This document shows positions 26,244 to 36,582 of a stretch of DNA of 44,763 bases, piece after piece. The position numbers and the translations under genes were made by a program. Position 1 is the stretch's first letter; every line of letters begins with the position of its first letter. Below the pieces are notes generated by a model. That model had not been told where the DNA came from and searched no databases. It saw only the letters and a program-made list of their open reading frames with translations. This DNA is from a virus (taxonomy: Duplodnaviria; Heunggongvirae; Uroviricota; Caudoviricetes): positions 1 to 44,763 of the IMG/VR virus record IMGVR_UViG_3300030310_000017; one strand, 5' to 3'.

Positions 26244-27814
26244 CTGCTCCACAGCAGCTGCTCGGGCCTGACGGTAAAACGCCACTACGCCGTTTTGCGG
26301 GGTATAACGGCGGCGGTCCCGGTTTCGGTGGCCAGCTGATTGACTGGAATGCGCCACAGCAAAGCGCCGATGCGGCACTGCTGCCTAATTTTTATCGCGG
26401 TAACGCGCGAGCAGACGATCTCGTTCGCAATAACGGTGTCGCGTCGAACGCCGTGCAGCTGCACCAGGATCATATTGTCGGCAATCTGTTTAAATTGAGT
26501 TATCGCCCTAACTGGCGTTACCTAGGGATATCTCGCGAGGACGCCAGGGCGCTGGCGCGTGACGTTGAGGTCGCGTGGACTGAATACGCTGAGGACCCTC
26601 ACTGCACGATTGATATCGAGCGGAAACGGACGTTCACAATGATGATCCGCGAGGGTGTGGCCACTCACGCGTTTAACGGTGAAACCTGCGTACAACCGGT
26701 CTGGGAAAGCAGTACCGGTAGCGTTTTTCGGACGCGATTCAAAATGGTTTCGCCGAAACGGATTCGAAATCCGGGTTACGCAGCTGACACCCGATTTCGC
26801 CGCGCCGGTGTTGATATCGATAAAAATGGAGCCGCAGTGGGCTACTGGATAGCCGAGGACACCTATCCACTCGGTGGAATCGGCAAGTGCCGGCGTATAC
26901 CAGCGCAGCTCAGCAGCGGCAGACACGCATTCATTCACATATTCGAGCCGCTCGAGGACGGACAGACCCGCGGAGATAACATTTTCTACAGCGTGATGGA
27001 GCGTCTGAAAATGCTCGACACGCTGCAGCAAACACAACTGCAGAGCGCCATTGTGAAGGCGATGTATGCCGCGACAATCGAATCAGAGCTCGACAGCCAG
27101 CAGGCGTTTGAATATATCGCCGGCGCGGGTACTGATATCGACTCGAACCCACTGAATTCGTTTATTCAGAGTTACGTGACGTACTACAACGGCGCAAACA
27201 TTAAATTAGGCGGCGTGAAAGTCCCTCACCTGCACCCCGGCGACAAACTCAGTTTACAGACCGCTCAGAACGCTGACGCTGGTTTCAGTTCGCTGGAAAA
27301 ATCACTCCTGCGTTACGTTGCCGCTGGCGTCGGCGCGTCATACGAAGAACTGAGTCGGGACTACAGCCAGGTCAGTTACTCCAGCGCCCGGGCCAGCGCG
27401 AACGTGAGCTGGCGATTTTTTATGGGCCGTCGACGTTTTATCGCCGCGAGACAAGCGTCGCTGATGTTTTGTTGCTGGTTTGAAGAGGCGCTGGCACGCG
27501 GAATTATCACCCTGCCACGCTCAGCGGTCCGGTCATTTTATGAGGCGCGGAACTCCTGGACGAACGCGCTTTGGATAGGTGCAGGTCGCATGGCCATCGA
27601 CGGACTGAAAGAGGTTCAGGAGAGTGCAATGCGTATCACAACTGGCCTCAGCACGTATCAGAACGAACTGGCGCTGCAGGGACAGGATTACGAGGAGGTT
27701 ATGGAGCAACAGGAATACGAAATTCAGCGCCGGCGTGAAATGGGGTTGAGCGAGCCGTCCTGGTCTGTCTCTCATCCATCAAATACCAACGATAACGGCT
27801 GGGGAGGTAACTGA
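26240..27814 (+). CDS. Portal protein, lambda gpB-like
   Basis: 524-aa ORF in the lambda gpB position, with overlapping start/stop to both neighbours. Confidence 0.85.
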   Translation: MTAPQQLLGPDGKTPLRRFAGYNGGGPGFGGQLIDWNAPQQSADAALLPNFYRGNARADDLVRNNGVASNAVQLHQDHIVGNLFKLSYRPNWRYLGISREDARALARDVEVAWTEYAEDPHCTIDIERKRTFTMMIREGVATHAFNGETCVQPVWESSTGSVFRTRFKMVSPKRIRNPGYAADTRFRRAGVDIDKNGAAVGYWIAEDTYPLGGIGKCRRIPAQLSSGRHAFIHIFEPLEDGQTRGDNIFYSVMERLKMLDTLQQTQLQSAIVKAMYAATIESELDSQQAFEYIAGAGTDIDSNPLNSFIQSYVTYYNGANIKLGGVKVPHLHPGDKLSLQTAQNADAGFSSLEKSLLRYVAAGVGASYEELSRDYSQVSYSSARASANVSWRFFMGRRRFIAARQASLMFCCWFEEALARGIITLPRSAVRSFYEARNSWTNALWIGAGRMAIDGLKEVQESAMRITTGLSTYQNELALQGQDYEEVMEQQEYEIQRRREMGLSEPSWSVSHPSNTNDNGWGGN

Positions 27815-29121
27815 TGCCGTGGAACCATTTTCCGTATATCGCCGCCCGGGCGTTTAATCAACCGCTTTTACTGGAACCCGTCTACGCACGGGTATTTTTT
27901 TCGGCGCTGAGCGACCGGTTCGGTACCGGGCGACTGATTGATACAGCGTCCGGTGAGGTAATGAGCAGCGACGAAATGAACGCGCTCGCGATGAGCTGGG
28001 ACGGCAGCGAGCGACCGCGCCAGAAAGCGTACCGCGTGGAGCGTGGTATAGCCGTGCTGCCGGTTACGGGGACGCTTGTTCATAAATTGGGTTATATCAA
28101 TCCAGTCAGTGGAATGAGTGGTTATGACGGAATCGCAAAACGTCTGCAGCAGGCGATTTCTGATCCCGATGTTAAGGGGATCCTGCTGGATATTGACTCC
28201 CCTGGCGGTGAGGTCGCCGGCGCGTTTGATACCGCTGATTTAATCGCACGGGCGCGAGAGCAAAAACCGGTGTGGGCGCTGGCCAGCGATACGGCCTGCA
28301 GCGCCGCATATTTGCTGGCGTCAGCGTGTTCGCGCCGGCTGATAACGCAGACCGGCACAGTTGGTTCAATCGGTGTCCTGATGGCTCACCGCTGCGTCGA
28401 AAAGGCGCTGGAGATTGCCGGCGTTGACGTGACGCTGATTTACGCCGGCGCGCACAAAGTCGACGGGAACCCGTATTCCCAGCTGCCCGACGACGTTCGC
28501 GACGAATTCCAGCTGAGTATTAACAGCACACGCGAGCAGTTCGCGCAAAAGGTATCAGATTATACCGGTCTGAAAAAATCCAGGGTGCTGGCCACGGAGG
28601 CCGCAGTATTTATCGGCGCGGACGCGATTAAATCTGGTCTCGCTGATCAACTCGTTAATTACGCGGACGCTATCGCAGTGATGGCCGACGCACTGAAACC
28701 AAAAATGGAGCGATTTATGCCAGGTACAGAAACCACGGCGAAGACCACGACCACAGAACAAACCGCGGCCACGACTACGGTCGCGCAGGTTGAGTTCAAC
28801 GAGAAACAGATTCGCGCTGACGCTGTGTCGAGCGAACTGGCGCGCGTGATGGCCATCATCAATTGTCCCGAAGCTGTTGGGCGCGAGGCGCAGGCAAAAG
28901 CGCTCGCTGGCGTCCCCGGGATGACCGTCGAGCAGGCGCAGCTGGTACTCGCGGCAGCACCGCAAACAGCGCAGGCGCGGACAGAAACGGCGCTCGATAC
29001 ACTAATGAGCACTGAATCACCGGAAACTATTCAGGATGCCGGAAGCACCACGGCAACAGGAACAACCGCAAACGTCTCGATGCTCGTCGCGGCGGGGCGT
29101 TCAATTTTAGGGGATGAATAA
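27814..29121 (+). CDS. Prohead protease / scaffold, lambda gpC-Nu3-like (S49 ClpP-type peptidase)
   Basis: S49-type segment GILLDIDSPGGEVAGAFDTADLIARAREQKPVWALASDTACSAAYLLASACSR followed by an Ala/Thr-rich scaffold-like C-terminus. Confidence 0.8.
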   Translation: MPWNHFPYIAARAFNQPLLLEPVYARVFFSALSDRFGTGRLIDTASGEVMSSDEMNALAMSWDGSERPRQKAYRVERGIAVLPVTGTLVHKLGYINPVSGMSGYDGIAKRLQQAISDPDVKGILLDIDSPGGEVAGAFDTADLIARAREQKPVWALASDTACSAAYLLASACSRRLITQTGTVGSIGVLMAHRCVEKALEIAGVDVTLIYAGAHKVDGNPYSQLPDDVRDEFQLSINSTREQFAQKVSDYTGLKKSRVLATEAAVFIGADAIKSGLADQLVNYADAIAVMADALKPKMERFMPGTETTAKTTTTEQTAATTTVAQVEFNEKQIRADAVSSELARVMAIINCPEAVGREAQAKALAGVPGMTVEQAQLVLAAAPQTAQARTETALDTLMSTESPETIQDAGSTTATGTTANVSMLVAAGRSILGDE

Positions 29122-29450
29122 TGACAACAGAAACGTATAGCCCGGACGATTTTATTCTGGGACCCGATCTCGTTGTGACGACCGTCGGTCATTTTCAGGG
29201 CGGGATCAACGTACCCCGGCTGACGCCTGTCATGGTCGACGCTACCGCCGGCACGTTTAAAGTCTGGGACGGTTCAGTCGGTAAGGCCATTGGCCTCACA
29301 GCCACCGCAGTTAATACGGGTTCCAGTTCTGCAGACTGCTCGTACTACAAATCAGGCTCGTTCCATTACACGGCGATCAATTGGGGTACGGTTACCGACG
29401 TAGCTAAACGCAAATCAGCGTTTGCAGGTACGCCGATCAGCGTCGGCTGA
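29121..29450 (+). CDS. Head decoration protein, lambda gpD-like
   Basis: 109-aa protein with YKSGSFHY and SAFAGTPISV segments matching the lambda gpD pattern. Confidence 0.8.
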   Translation: MTTETYSPDDFILGPDLVVTTVGHFQGGINVPRLTPVMVDATAGTFKVWDGSVGKAIGLTATAVNTGSSSADCSYYKSGSFHYTAINWGTVTDVAKRKSAFAGTPISVG

Positions 29451-29471
29451 TAGCAAAAAAACTAAAAACAA

Positions 29472-29494
29472 GCCGCCTACGGGCGGTTTTTTTA
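29472..29494 (+). terminator. Intrinsic terminator-like hairpin between the decoration and major capsid genes
   Basis: Stem CCGCC / GGCGG with a 4-nt loop followed by a run of seven T. Confidence 0.45.
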
Positions 29495-29508
29495 TACAGG
29501 ATATCTAA

Positions 29509-30543
29509 ATGAGCGATTCGTTTACTACGTCAGAACTCATTACCGCGACACAGCAGGTATTTAAGTTCAATCCGTTATTTTTAAGACTTTTTTTTCGTGA
29601 GACATACACGTTTACGAGCGAAGAGATTTTTCTGGATAAAATCCCGGGAAAAGTGAACATGGCCGTGTACTGCGCGCCGATGATCACCGGCAAAGTTGAC
29701 CGCACTCGCGGCTATTCAACGAACCATTTCAAACCGGGTTACACGAAGCCGAAACACACGATCAATCCGAATATGAGCATCAAGCGCGCCGCAGGTGAGC
29801 AGATTGGCCAGCAGGAAACGCCGGTCGAACGTCGTGCAAAAATTATCATGCAGAACCTGCTCGATGAGGAATTGAGCATCAGCCAGCTCGAAGAGTTCCA
29901 GGCGGTACAGGCTGTTCTGTACGGTAAATACACAGTTTCCGGCAGCAATATCGAGACCTATGAGATCGACATGAGCCGCAGCGCGACGAATAACGTCACT
30001 CAGTCTGGTTCGACAGCATGGTCGACTCAGGACGCGGAAACGTATGACCCGAGCGACGATATTGAATCCTACGCGGACCTCGCCTCCGGTGCGGTTAACG
30101 TGATCATCATGGATGGTAAAGCCTGGAAGCAGTTGAAGCGTTTTAAAAAATTCTGGACGGCACTGGATACGCGCCGCGGCTCAAACAGTCAGCTCGAAGT
30201 CGCGCTGAAAAACCTGGGCGATGTCGTTAGCTTTAAGGGTTATTACGGCGACACGGCGCTGTTTGTCTACAAAGGGCAATACATCGACCCGGTAACAGTC
30301 ACTGAAACGCGTTATATGCCGGATAACACGATGATCCTTGGCAACACAAAAAACCGCGGGCTCCGCACTTATGGCGCAATTCAGGACGAAGACGCGCTGA
30401 AAGAGGGGATTTGCGAAGCGACGCGCTATCCAAAAGTCTGGACCACTACCGGTGATCCGGCAGTGACGCAAACAATGACGCAATCCGCGCCAGCAATGGT
30501 CCTCACGGACGCCGACGCGTTCGTTGTCGTAAAAATTGCGTAA
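29509..30543 (+). CDS. Major capsid protein, lambda gpE-like
   Basis: Long collinear similarity to lambda gpE (FKFNPLFLRLFFRE, GYTKPKH, RGSNSQLE, RGLRTYG, RYPKVWTTTGDPA). Confidence 0.92.
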   Translation: MSDSFTTSELITATQQVFKFNPLFLRLFFRETYTFTSEEIFLDKIPGKVNMAVYCAPMITGKVDRTRGYSTNHFKPGYTKPKHTINPNMSIKRAAGEQIGQQETPVERRAKIIMQNLLDEELSISQLEEFQAVQAVLYGKYTVSGSNIETYEIDMSRSATNNVTQSGSTAWSTQDAETYDPSDDIESYADLASGAVNVIIMDGKAWKQLKRFKKFWTALDTRRGSNSQLEVALKNLGDVVSFKGYYGDTALFVYKGQYIDPVTVTETRYMPDNTMILGNTKNRGLRTYGAIQDEDALKEGICEATRYPKVWTTTGDPAVTQTMTQSAPAMVLTDADAFVVVKIA

Positions 30544-30563
30544 GAGCCGAAAGGCTCTTTTTG
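30543..30563 (+). terminator. Intrinsic terminator after the major capsid gene
   Basis: Stem AGAGCC / GGCTCT with a GAAA loop followed by TTTT. Confidence 0.5.
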
Positions 30564-30577
30564 GTTAAGGAATCAAC

Positions 30578-30997
30578 ATGAGCACAAAAACAGAATTGCT
30601 GGCGCGCATTGACGATCTGAGCGCTCAGCTCGGTCGCGAATTACCGCGCAGCGGGACTATTGCGGAACTGGAATCAATCGTTGCCGGCGCTGAGTCAGAG
30701 CTCGATATTCTGAATGAGCAATCTGGTGACGCGGGAGGCATCGAGATCGCGGTGAATACTGCGCCCGGGACTGATAGCGATCTCGCTCAATCAATCGCGA
30801 GCGCTATCGTTTCACAGTCACAAGAACCGGAGCTTGCACCGGCTACGCGCCGCGTTAAGCTGCGTAACACGCTGGACGTTTATCACTACGTGAACGGGCG
30901 TCGCGTTCGCGAGATTGTTGCCGCTGGACGTGAAATTGTTGTTGATTCACCGGAGGTCGCGGACCTCATCGCAGCTGATCACGTTTACGCGCTATGA
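30578..30997 (+). CDS. DNA-packaging protein, lambda FI-like
   Basis: 139-aa protein with an FI-like N-terminus (TKTELLARIDDLSAQLGRELPRSGTIAELE), in the FI position. Confidence 0.55.
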   Translation: MSTKTELLARIDDLSAQLGRELPRSGTIAELESIVAGAESELDILNEQSGDAGGIEIAVNTAPGTDSDLAQSIASAIVSQSQEPELAPATRRVKLRNTLDVYHYVNGRRVREIVAAGREIVVDSPEVADLIAADHVYAL

Positions 30998-31374
30998 GCT
31001 ACTACGATGACCTCCGGGCTGGCGACGAGGAGATGATCCGTGAGTGGGGACGGCCCGTTAAATTACGCGGTAAAACCGACCCCATTATCGCTATTTTCAA
31101 CGAGCCTTACGCGCGCGTTGACGTTCCTCACGCTGGTTTTATTACCGGTACAGTAACGAGCCTGACAGCGCTCTCAGACGACGTCGCTGGCGTTGTTGCG
31201 CGTGACGTTGTCCAGGTCCCAAAGCAGCGCAGTATCGCTGCTGACGGCTCAGTTACCTGGTCTTGTTGGACCGATTACGTTGTTAAAGAACCTCAGCCGG
31301 ATGGCACAGGGCTCACGAATATTTTTTTAGAGTCTCACACACCCAGCGAAAACAGCGAGTATTCAAAATACTAA
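30994..31374 (+). CDS. Head-tail connector, lambda FII-like
   Basis: 126-aa ORF in the FII position with ATGA overlap; the N-terminus is weakly FII-like. Confidence 0.45.
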   Translation: MSYYDDLRAGDEEMIREWGRPVKLRGKTDPIIAIFNEPYARVDVPHAGFITGTVTSLTALSDDVAGVVARDVVQVPKQRSIAADGSVTWSCWTDYVVKEPQPDGTGLTNIFLESHTPSENSEYSKY

Positions 31375-31405
31375 GTGGGAACGCGGTCCCACTTAAGGGG
31401 GAAGC

Positions 31406-32086
31406 GTGGCCGATTTACGTAGTAACGCGCAGATGTTCGATATCGATGTTTCTGCGTTGGAGCAACTCAGAGTCGAAATTAGCGCGACGCAACATCAGAT
31501 GCTGATGGCATACAACAGGGCGCTGAACCGAACTGCAAAGCATATGCATCGAATTTCAGCAGGAATGATTTTGACTGCACTGGCAGCTAAAAATCATAAG
31601 GCCGTAGATAAACGAATCAAACCGTTCATTAAGCGACGTAATTTTACAAAAGAAGGGGCAGGAGATCTGAGCAGCGTAAAGCTCTGGTACGGCCTGAACG
31701 ATTTTCGGGTATCTGAGCTAAAGGGGCGATTACAAAATCCCCGGAAGCAAAAGCAGCCTCGCAATCCAGAGACCGGTCAATTTTTGAAAACAAAAAAAGG
31801 CGCTCGAGGTGCAACTTTTACACCCAAAAGTGCAGGGCTGGCGATGATGAGCTGGCCCGATTCTTTCGTAGCGAAACGCTACGGTGCGAAAAGTGTCTGG
31901 ATTCGACTGGCTCGCGGAGGAATCGAAGAGGCTCGCGTACCTGTGCACGACGCGCTGGAGGATGCTATCGATGATTATATTTTCGAAAATATCGGCCCTG
32001 TTTTTATGGGATTTTTTGAGAAAGATTTACGCGGTCGAGTGAAAGGAATCGTTCACGTAGACCCTAAAACAGGTAAACGATTATGA
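31406..32086 (+). CDS. Hypothetical virion protein (neck / tail completion candidate)
   Basis: 226-aa ORF lying between the lambda-type head genes and the P2-type baseplate genes. Confidence 0.4.
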   Translation: MADLRSNAQMFDIDVSALEQLRVEISATQHQMLMAYNRALNRTAKHMHRISAGMILTALAAKNHKAVDKRIKPFIKRRNFTKEGAGDLSSVKLWYGLNDFRVSELKGRLQNPRKQKQPRNPETGQFLKTKKGARGATFTPKSAGLAMMSWPDSFVAKRYGAKSVWIRLARGGIEEARVPVHDALEDAIDDYIFENIGPVFMGFFEKDLRGRVKGIVHVDPKTGKRL

Positions 32087-32619
32087 GCGGACTTGATGCA
32101 TTTGACGAATACCTCGATCGCGTTAAAGGCGCGGTTTTACAAATACCGTTCATCAAAACATTCGGTATTTATCCAGAAATTCCGGCAGGATTTGAAACGC
32201 CAGCTCTGTTCCTGGAAATCAGCAACTGGTCACAGAGTGATGAGCCTGTGTCGGGTTCAATTCAGTCAGTCGAGCTGTCGTGTAATTTGTATTTGCTGCG
32301 GGAGTTTGCGGCTGATCAGTACGGACTGAAATCGCAGAATGCAGCGCTCTATATAACAAGCTGGATTAATGGGCGAATGTTCGGTCCCGGAACTAAACCG
32401 GCAAAATTCAGCGACGCTGAACCGTGTGACTGGATTAAAAACGGGCAGTCAGTCGGCTCGCATTCAGTTCAGTGCGTGTCGTTCACGCAGGTCGTCGGCG
32501 TCGGTCCCGATATTTTCGATTATCCATCACAGGGAACCCTGAAAAATATATACGTCGGAATAGCGCCAGATATCGGCGCAGAACACGAGAGCGACTACTA
32601 TGGCCCAATCGGACGATGA
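32083..32619 (+). CDS. Hypothetical virion protein (tail completion candidate)
   Basis: 178-aa ORF with overlapping start, in the same junction position. Confidence 0.4.
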   Translation: MSGLDAFDEYLDRVKGAVLQIPFIKTFGIYPEIPAGFETPALFLEISNWSQSDEPVSGSIQSVELSCNLYLLREFAADQYGLKSQNAALYITSWINGRMFGPGTKPAKFSDAEPCDWIKNGQSVGSHSVQCVSFTQVVGVGPDIFDYPSQGTLKNIYVGIAPDIGAEHESDYYGPIGR

Positions 32620-33502
32620 ATATGCCGCAGCGGAGAACGCGCGCCGGCTGCGTGACGCAGTTAAACGCGGCACGATAGCTGCAGTTAAAATGAATCCTCC
32701 CCGTTGCCGAGTCTCATTTGGTGGCGAACACCAGTCGGGCTGGCTGCAGTGGTTTACTCACGCCACCTCAGAACGCGTCGACTGGAGCGCACCATCAGTG
32801 GGCGATCCCGTTACTGTTGTTTCTGAAGGTGGGGACACGCGGAACGGTGTAGTTATGCTCGGGCTGCACATTGACGACAAAGCTCCGCCAAGCAACGACC
32901 CCCATGATCACGTCACTGCATACTGTGACGGGGCTACGATGACGTATAACACAAAAAATCACACTCTGACATGGCAGGGCGTACCGGACGGCGTAGTAAA
33001 AATACTCGGTGAGTCTGAAATAGAAATATTCGGACGAGCAGACGTTACTATTAATAGCGAAAATGTCGTTAATATTCACGGTGGAAAATTAATTAACGCA
33101 GACGCTGACGTTATTAACGTGACAGCAACAGACACAATTAACGCACACGCGGATTTAGTGAACGTTATAGCAACGAGTTCTGTTAGTATTACTGCTGCGA
33201 ACAGAATATCGCTGACAGCTCAAACAATCAGTGCGTGGGCTCCGGGGGGGATAACACTAGCTGGTCCAACACATATCACCGAGACGTTAATTGTAGATAA
33301 GTTAGCGACATTCCGTAACGATATTTCTGTCACTGGAGATAACGGTGGAGCAGGTAATATCACAACTCGCGGTAGTGTGTTAGCAGGGCAAGAGGTACAG
33401 GACCGACAAGGCACAATGAATGAGATGCGTATTACATATAACGGGCATACGCACATATGCCCTGACGGAGAAACAGATAAACCAAATCAACCAATGGCGT
33501 AA
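32600..33502 (+). CDS. Baseplate assembly / spike protein, P2 gpV-like
   Basis: Contains CRVSFGG...WLQWFTH...WSAPSVG, matching the P2 gpV core, and a C-terminal YNGHTH motif. Confidence 0.8.
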   Translation: MAQSDDEYAAAENARRLRDAVKRGTIAAVKMNPPRCRVSFGGEHQSGWLQWFTHATSERVDWSAPSVGDPVTVVSEGGDTRNGVVMLGLHIDDKAPPSNDPHDHVTAYCDGATMTYNTKNHTLTWQGVPDGVVKILGESEIEIFGRADVTINSENVVNIHGGKLINADADVINVTATDTINAHADLVNVIATSSVSITAANRISLTAQTISAWAPGGITLAGPTHITETLIVDKLATFRNDISVTGDNGGAGNITTRGSVLAGQEVQDRQGTMNEMRITYNGHTHICPDGETDKPNQPMA

Positions 33503-33504
33503 AT

Positions 33505-33846
33505 ATGCTTGGAATGGACCGTTACACTGGTAAACCTTTATCCGGGGTTGACCACATTTGTCAGTCTATCGTTGATATTTTAACGACCCCGCTGGGGACC
33601 CGTGTAATGTTACCGGAATATGGCAGTAAATTATTTGACCTCGTTGATAATCCCACAGATCCATCGCTTGCTATGCGAATAATTATGGAAAGCGCTGGCG
33701 CAATAGCACGCTGGGAACCACGCGTCAGAATTGACAGAATAAATGTGTTAGCAGTGGATATCGGGAAAATAACAATATTAATTATCGCAACAGATATCGA
33801 AACACAACAGCGATTAGAGTTTAATAATATGGAGCTGATATTTTGA
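33505..33846 (+). CDS. Baseplate protein, P2 gpW-like (gp25 lysozyme-like fold)
   Basis: 113-aa protein matching the P2 gpW pattern (QSIVDILTTPLGTRVMLPEYGS...IARWEPRV). Confidence 0.8.
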   Translation: MLGMDRYTGKPLSGVDHICQSIVDILTTPLGTRVMLPEYGSKLFDLVDNPTDPSLAMRIIMESAGAIARWEPRVRIDRINVLAVDIGKITILIIATDIETQQRLEFNNMELIF

Positions 33847-34763
33847 TAACATCAACAGTTCAGAACTCGATAGTGAAAACTATTGATATGAGTCTGCTGC
33901 CGCCGCCAGCATTCGTTAAGACCCCGTTATTTTCAGATGTTAAATCTAATCTACTGTCAGAGCTGCAGATATTATATCCACAATTTAACGCACTCCTGGA
34001 GTCAGACCCGGCAGTTAAACTGCTGGAAATAGTCGCATACAGAGAAATCATTATTACAGCCCGGGTAAATCAAGGGGTGTTCGCTGTATTGCTCGCATTC
34101 GCAAAAAATAGCGATCTCGATCAGATTGGCGCTAATTTTGACTGTCTGCGGCTGTTGATAACGCCAGCTAATCCTGACGCAATCCCCCCGACTGAGGCGG
34201 TTTACGAGAGTGACGACGAGTATCGTCATCGCATACAGCTATCATGGTATGCGCGGAATACTGCTGGCAGTACGAACGCGTATAACTATTTCGCGCTATC
34301 GAGTGATCCAGACGTTTTGTCTGCTCAGGCATACGGCCCCCCCGTGACCCAGCCTGGATACGTCGATATGTATGTCCTGTCGCGAACCGGCGACGGCACT
34401 CCGCCTCAATCACTACTGAATACAGTTAATGCAGCGCTGTCTCCTGATGACACCCGACCGCTAACCGATTTCGTTACAGTAAAACCTGCGTCGAACCTGA
34501 ATTACCGGGTTGAGGCCGATATCGTAGCGGGGCTCGGTCCCGACCAGAACGTGTTGCTCAACGGTGCTCAGAGCGATTTAGCTATATACGTGGCTACACA
34601 ACATAAAATCGGGGCGACGGCAGCTCTGTCGGGAATTTACGATGCGATACACCGTGACGGCACTGAGCGTGTGATTCTGATATCTCCAACAGAGGATGTG
34701 ATCGCTGGCGTCGGACAGGCCCCGCACTGCACAGAAATCAAACTCAGCGTGCAAATGGGGTAG
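33843..34763 (+). CDS. Baseplate protein, P2 gpJ-like
   Basis: 306-aa protein with P2 gpJ-like segments (SDPAVKLLE..AYRE, IGANFDCLRLLITPA, PPTEAVYESDDEYRHRIQ). Confidence 0.8.
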   Translation: MITSTVQNSIVKTIDMSLLPPPAFVKTPLFSDVKSNLLSELQILYPQFNALLESDPAVKLLEIVAYREIIITARVNQGVFAVLLAFAKNSDLDQIGANFDCLRLLITPANPDAIPPTEAVYESDDEYRHRIQLSWYARNTAGSTNAYNYFALSSDPDVLSAQAYGPPVTQPGYVDMYVLSRTGDGTPPQSLLNTVNAALSPDDTRPLTDFVTVKPASNLNYRVEADIVAGLGPDQNVLLNGAQSDLAIYVATQHKIGATAALSGIYDAIHRDGTERVILISPTEDVIAGVGQAPHCTEIKLSVQMG

Positions 34764-34765
34764 CC

Positions 34766-35392
34766 ATGACAAGTCAAAGCGTACTGCCTCCGAACGCAAT
34801 AACCCCCGAGAGAGCGCTGGAATCTGTTTTATCTCACGTTGGCGATCTGCCTGGCGATATTCGAATTATTAAAAATCCCGATTTGTGTCCTGCAAATCTG
34901 TTGCCGTGGCTGGCGTGGGAATACGCCGTCACCTACTGGAACCCCGACTGGAGCGAGCAGCAAAAACGCGAAATTATTAAAGCAGCTGCGTGGCAGAACA
35001 AGCACCGCGGAACGCGTGGAGCTGTTGAACGAGCGTTATTAACAGTTGGATTTGAGAGCAAAATGAGAGAGTGGTTCGAAGCCGCGCCCAGGGACGACCC
35101 GTATACATTCGCAATTAAAATATATCTGCTAAAAAGTATGGGGTTAGATTTAGAGCTATTGAATACATTTATTGCACAAATATTTGATGCAAAAAATTGT
35201 CGCTCTTTATTAAAGGAAATAAATTTCGAAACAGGTGTGGAAGGGGAATTTTTTATAGCTGGAACTCCTTACACAAAAATAGGCGTAAATATACCGGCAG
35301 ATGGTGATGGTGGCGTGAAATTAAATGGCGGATTATATATGTCAGGCTCGCCAATCGTGAGTCTGTTAGTGGAGATTGGACCCAATGGCTAA
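34766..35392 (+). CDS. Tail protein, P2 gpI-like
   Basis: Contains NPDLCPANLLPWLAWEYAV, close to the P2 gpI motif NPDTCPANLLPWLAWAFSV. Confidence 0.75.
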   Translation: MTSQSVLPPNAITPERALESVLSHVGDLPGDIRIIKNPDLCPANLLPWLAWEYAVTYWNPDWSEQQKREIIKAAAWQNKHRGTRGAVERALLTVGFESKMREWFEAAPRDDPYTFAIKIYLLKSMGLDLELLNTFIAQIFDAKNCRSLLKEINFETGVEGEFFIAGTPYTKIGVNIPADGDGGVKLNGGLYMSGSPIVSLLVEIGPNG

Positions 35393-36338
35393 ATTAAAAT
35401 CAAATCTGAAAGCTAACGCGAGCCAAGTTTATGCGGTGCTGACAGACCGTGGCGCGCAATTAGAAGCTGCGGCGCTGGCGTCAGGCGTGCCGGTAGTGCT
35501 AAATAAATTCGTTATTGGTGACGCGAACGGAAATGACGACGTAACACCAGACCCGGCCAGAACGGCATTAATTCACGAGACGTATCGCGGAGATATTAAA
35601 TCGTCAGAAAATAGCGGTAATCAGGTCATTTTTACACTGTACGTACCGCCGGAAACCGGCGGTTATACCATCCGCGAGGTGGGGATATTAACAGATAAAG
35701 GGGAACTGTACTCAGTTGCACGTTCACCGGATATTTTAAAACCTACGGACAGCAACGGCGCGCTGATTTCAATCACGTATAAATACACTCTCGCGGTGTC
35801 CAGCACGTCTACTGTTAACGTTGTTATTGATAACAGTAGCGGAATGAGCCAGGCAGATGCCGATAAACGATATTTGCAGATAGGTAAAAATTTATCTGAA
35901 ATTAAAGATAAAGGCACGGTGGCGCAAAAAACGGCGCGAGAAAATATCGGCGTAAATCTTGATAATTATTACACCAAAGAAGACGTTGATGATTTAATTG
36001 ATGCTAACGATGACCCTGCACCGGCGGTGCCTGCGTTTGCAGCTGTCGGCTCAGTTGTTTATGCTGGATTTACATTCGATAACTCTACTGTAATGCACTA
36101 TAAACCTGGTGATCAGTTACAAGGTTCGATAATTTCCCCTGCATGCATTCAATGGAAATATACCGGAGGTGTCGGCTCTATGAGCGAAGCCACGCTTACG
36201 CTAACTTTTGGAAGTGAGCCATTGCCTGGTATTTGGCAATTGTGCGGACTGATCCCCCAGAGCTATGAGCCATCTTCCGGGGCTGGTGAAGATATCTATA
36301 CTGGCAAATTTGCAACTAATTTCACGAGGATAGCGTAA
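35376..36338 (+). CDS. Tail fibre protein, P2 gpH-like N-terminal domain
   Basis: N-terminal region (ALIHETYRGD...FTLYVPPETGGYTIREVGIL) matches the conserved gpH N-domain. The start may be the ATG at 35385. Confidence 0.75.
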   Translation: MDPMAKLKSNLKANASQVYAVLTDRGAQLEAAALASGVPVVLNKFVIGDANGNDDVTPDPARTALIHETYRGDIKSSENSGNQVIFTLYVPPETGGYTIREVGILTDKGELYSVARSPDILKPTDSNGALISITYKYTLAVSSTSTVNVVIDNSSGMSQADADKRYLQIGKNLSEIKDKGTVAQKTARENIGVNLDNYYTKEDVDDLIDANDDPAPAVPAFAAVGSVVYAGFTFDNSTVMHYKPGDQLQGSIISPACIQWKYTGGVGSMSEATLTLTFGSEPLPGIWQLCGLIPQSYEPSSGAGEDIYTGKFATNFTRIA

Positions 36339-36343
36339 AACAA

Positions 36344-36577
36344 ATGATAACAATTGATAACTTTTCAAATATAAAAACACAGCGCTATTCCAGCGCATCG
36401 AATAACAGTATTGATATTGTCTGTGACATACAAGGGATCGGTAATGCTATTTTATTTACTGCATCTAAAACAGACTCCACATTATATGGCCGAGAGTTAT
36501 ACGAGCGCGCCGCTTGCGGTGAATTTGGTGATGTTGCTGAATATGTGGCTCCAATTATAATCGAATCAGGAGAGTAA
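36344..36577 (+). CDS. Hypothetical small protein (tail-fibre assembly candidate)
   Basis: 77-aa ORF between the fibre and sheath genes. Confidence 0.3.
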   Translation: MITIDNFSNIKTQRYSSASNNSIDIVCDIQGIGNAILFTASKTDSTLYGRELYERAACGEFGDVAEYVAPIIIESGE

Positions 36578-36582
36578 AATAA

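Noticed and set aside
26522-27037. 171-aa minus-strand ORF
   Set aside because: Antisense within the portal gene, with no independent signals.
28555-29012. Two overlapping minus-strand ORFs of 136 and 117 aa
   Set aside because: Antisense within the gpC protease/scaffold gene; the low-complexity translations are driven by the Ala/Thr-rich sense frame.
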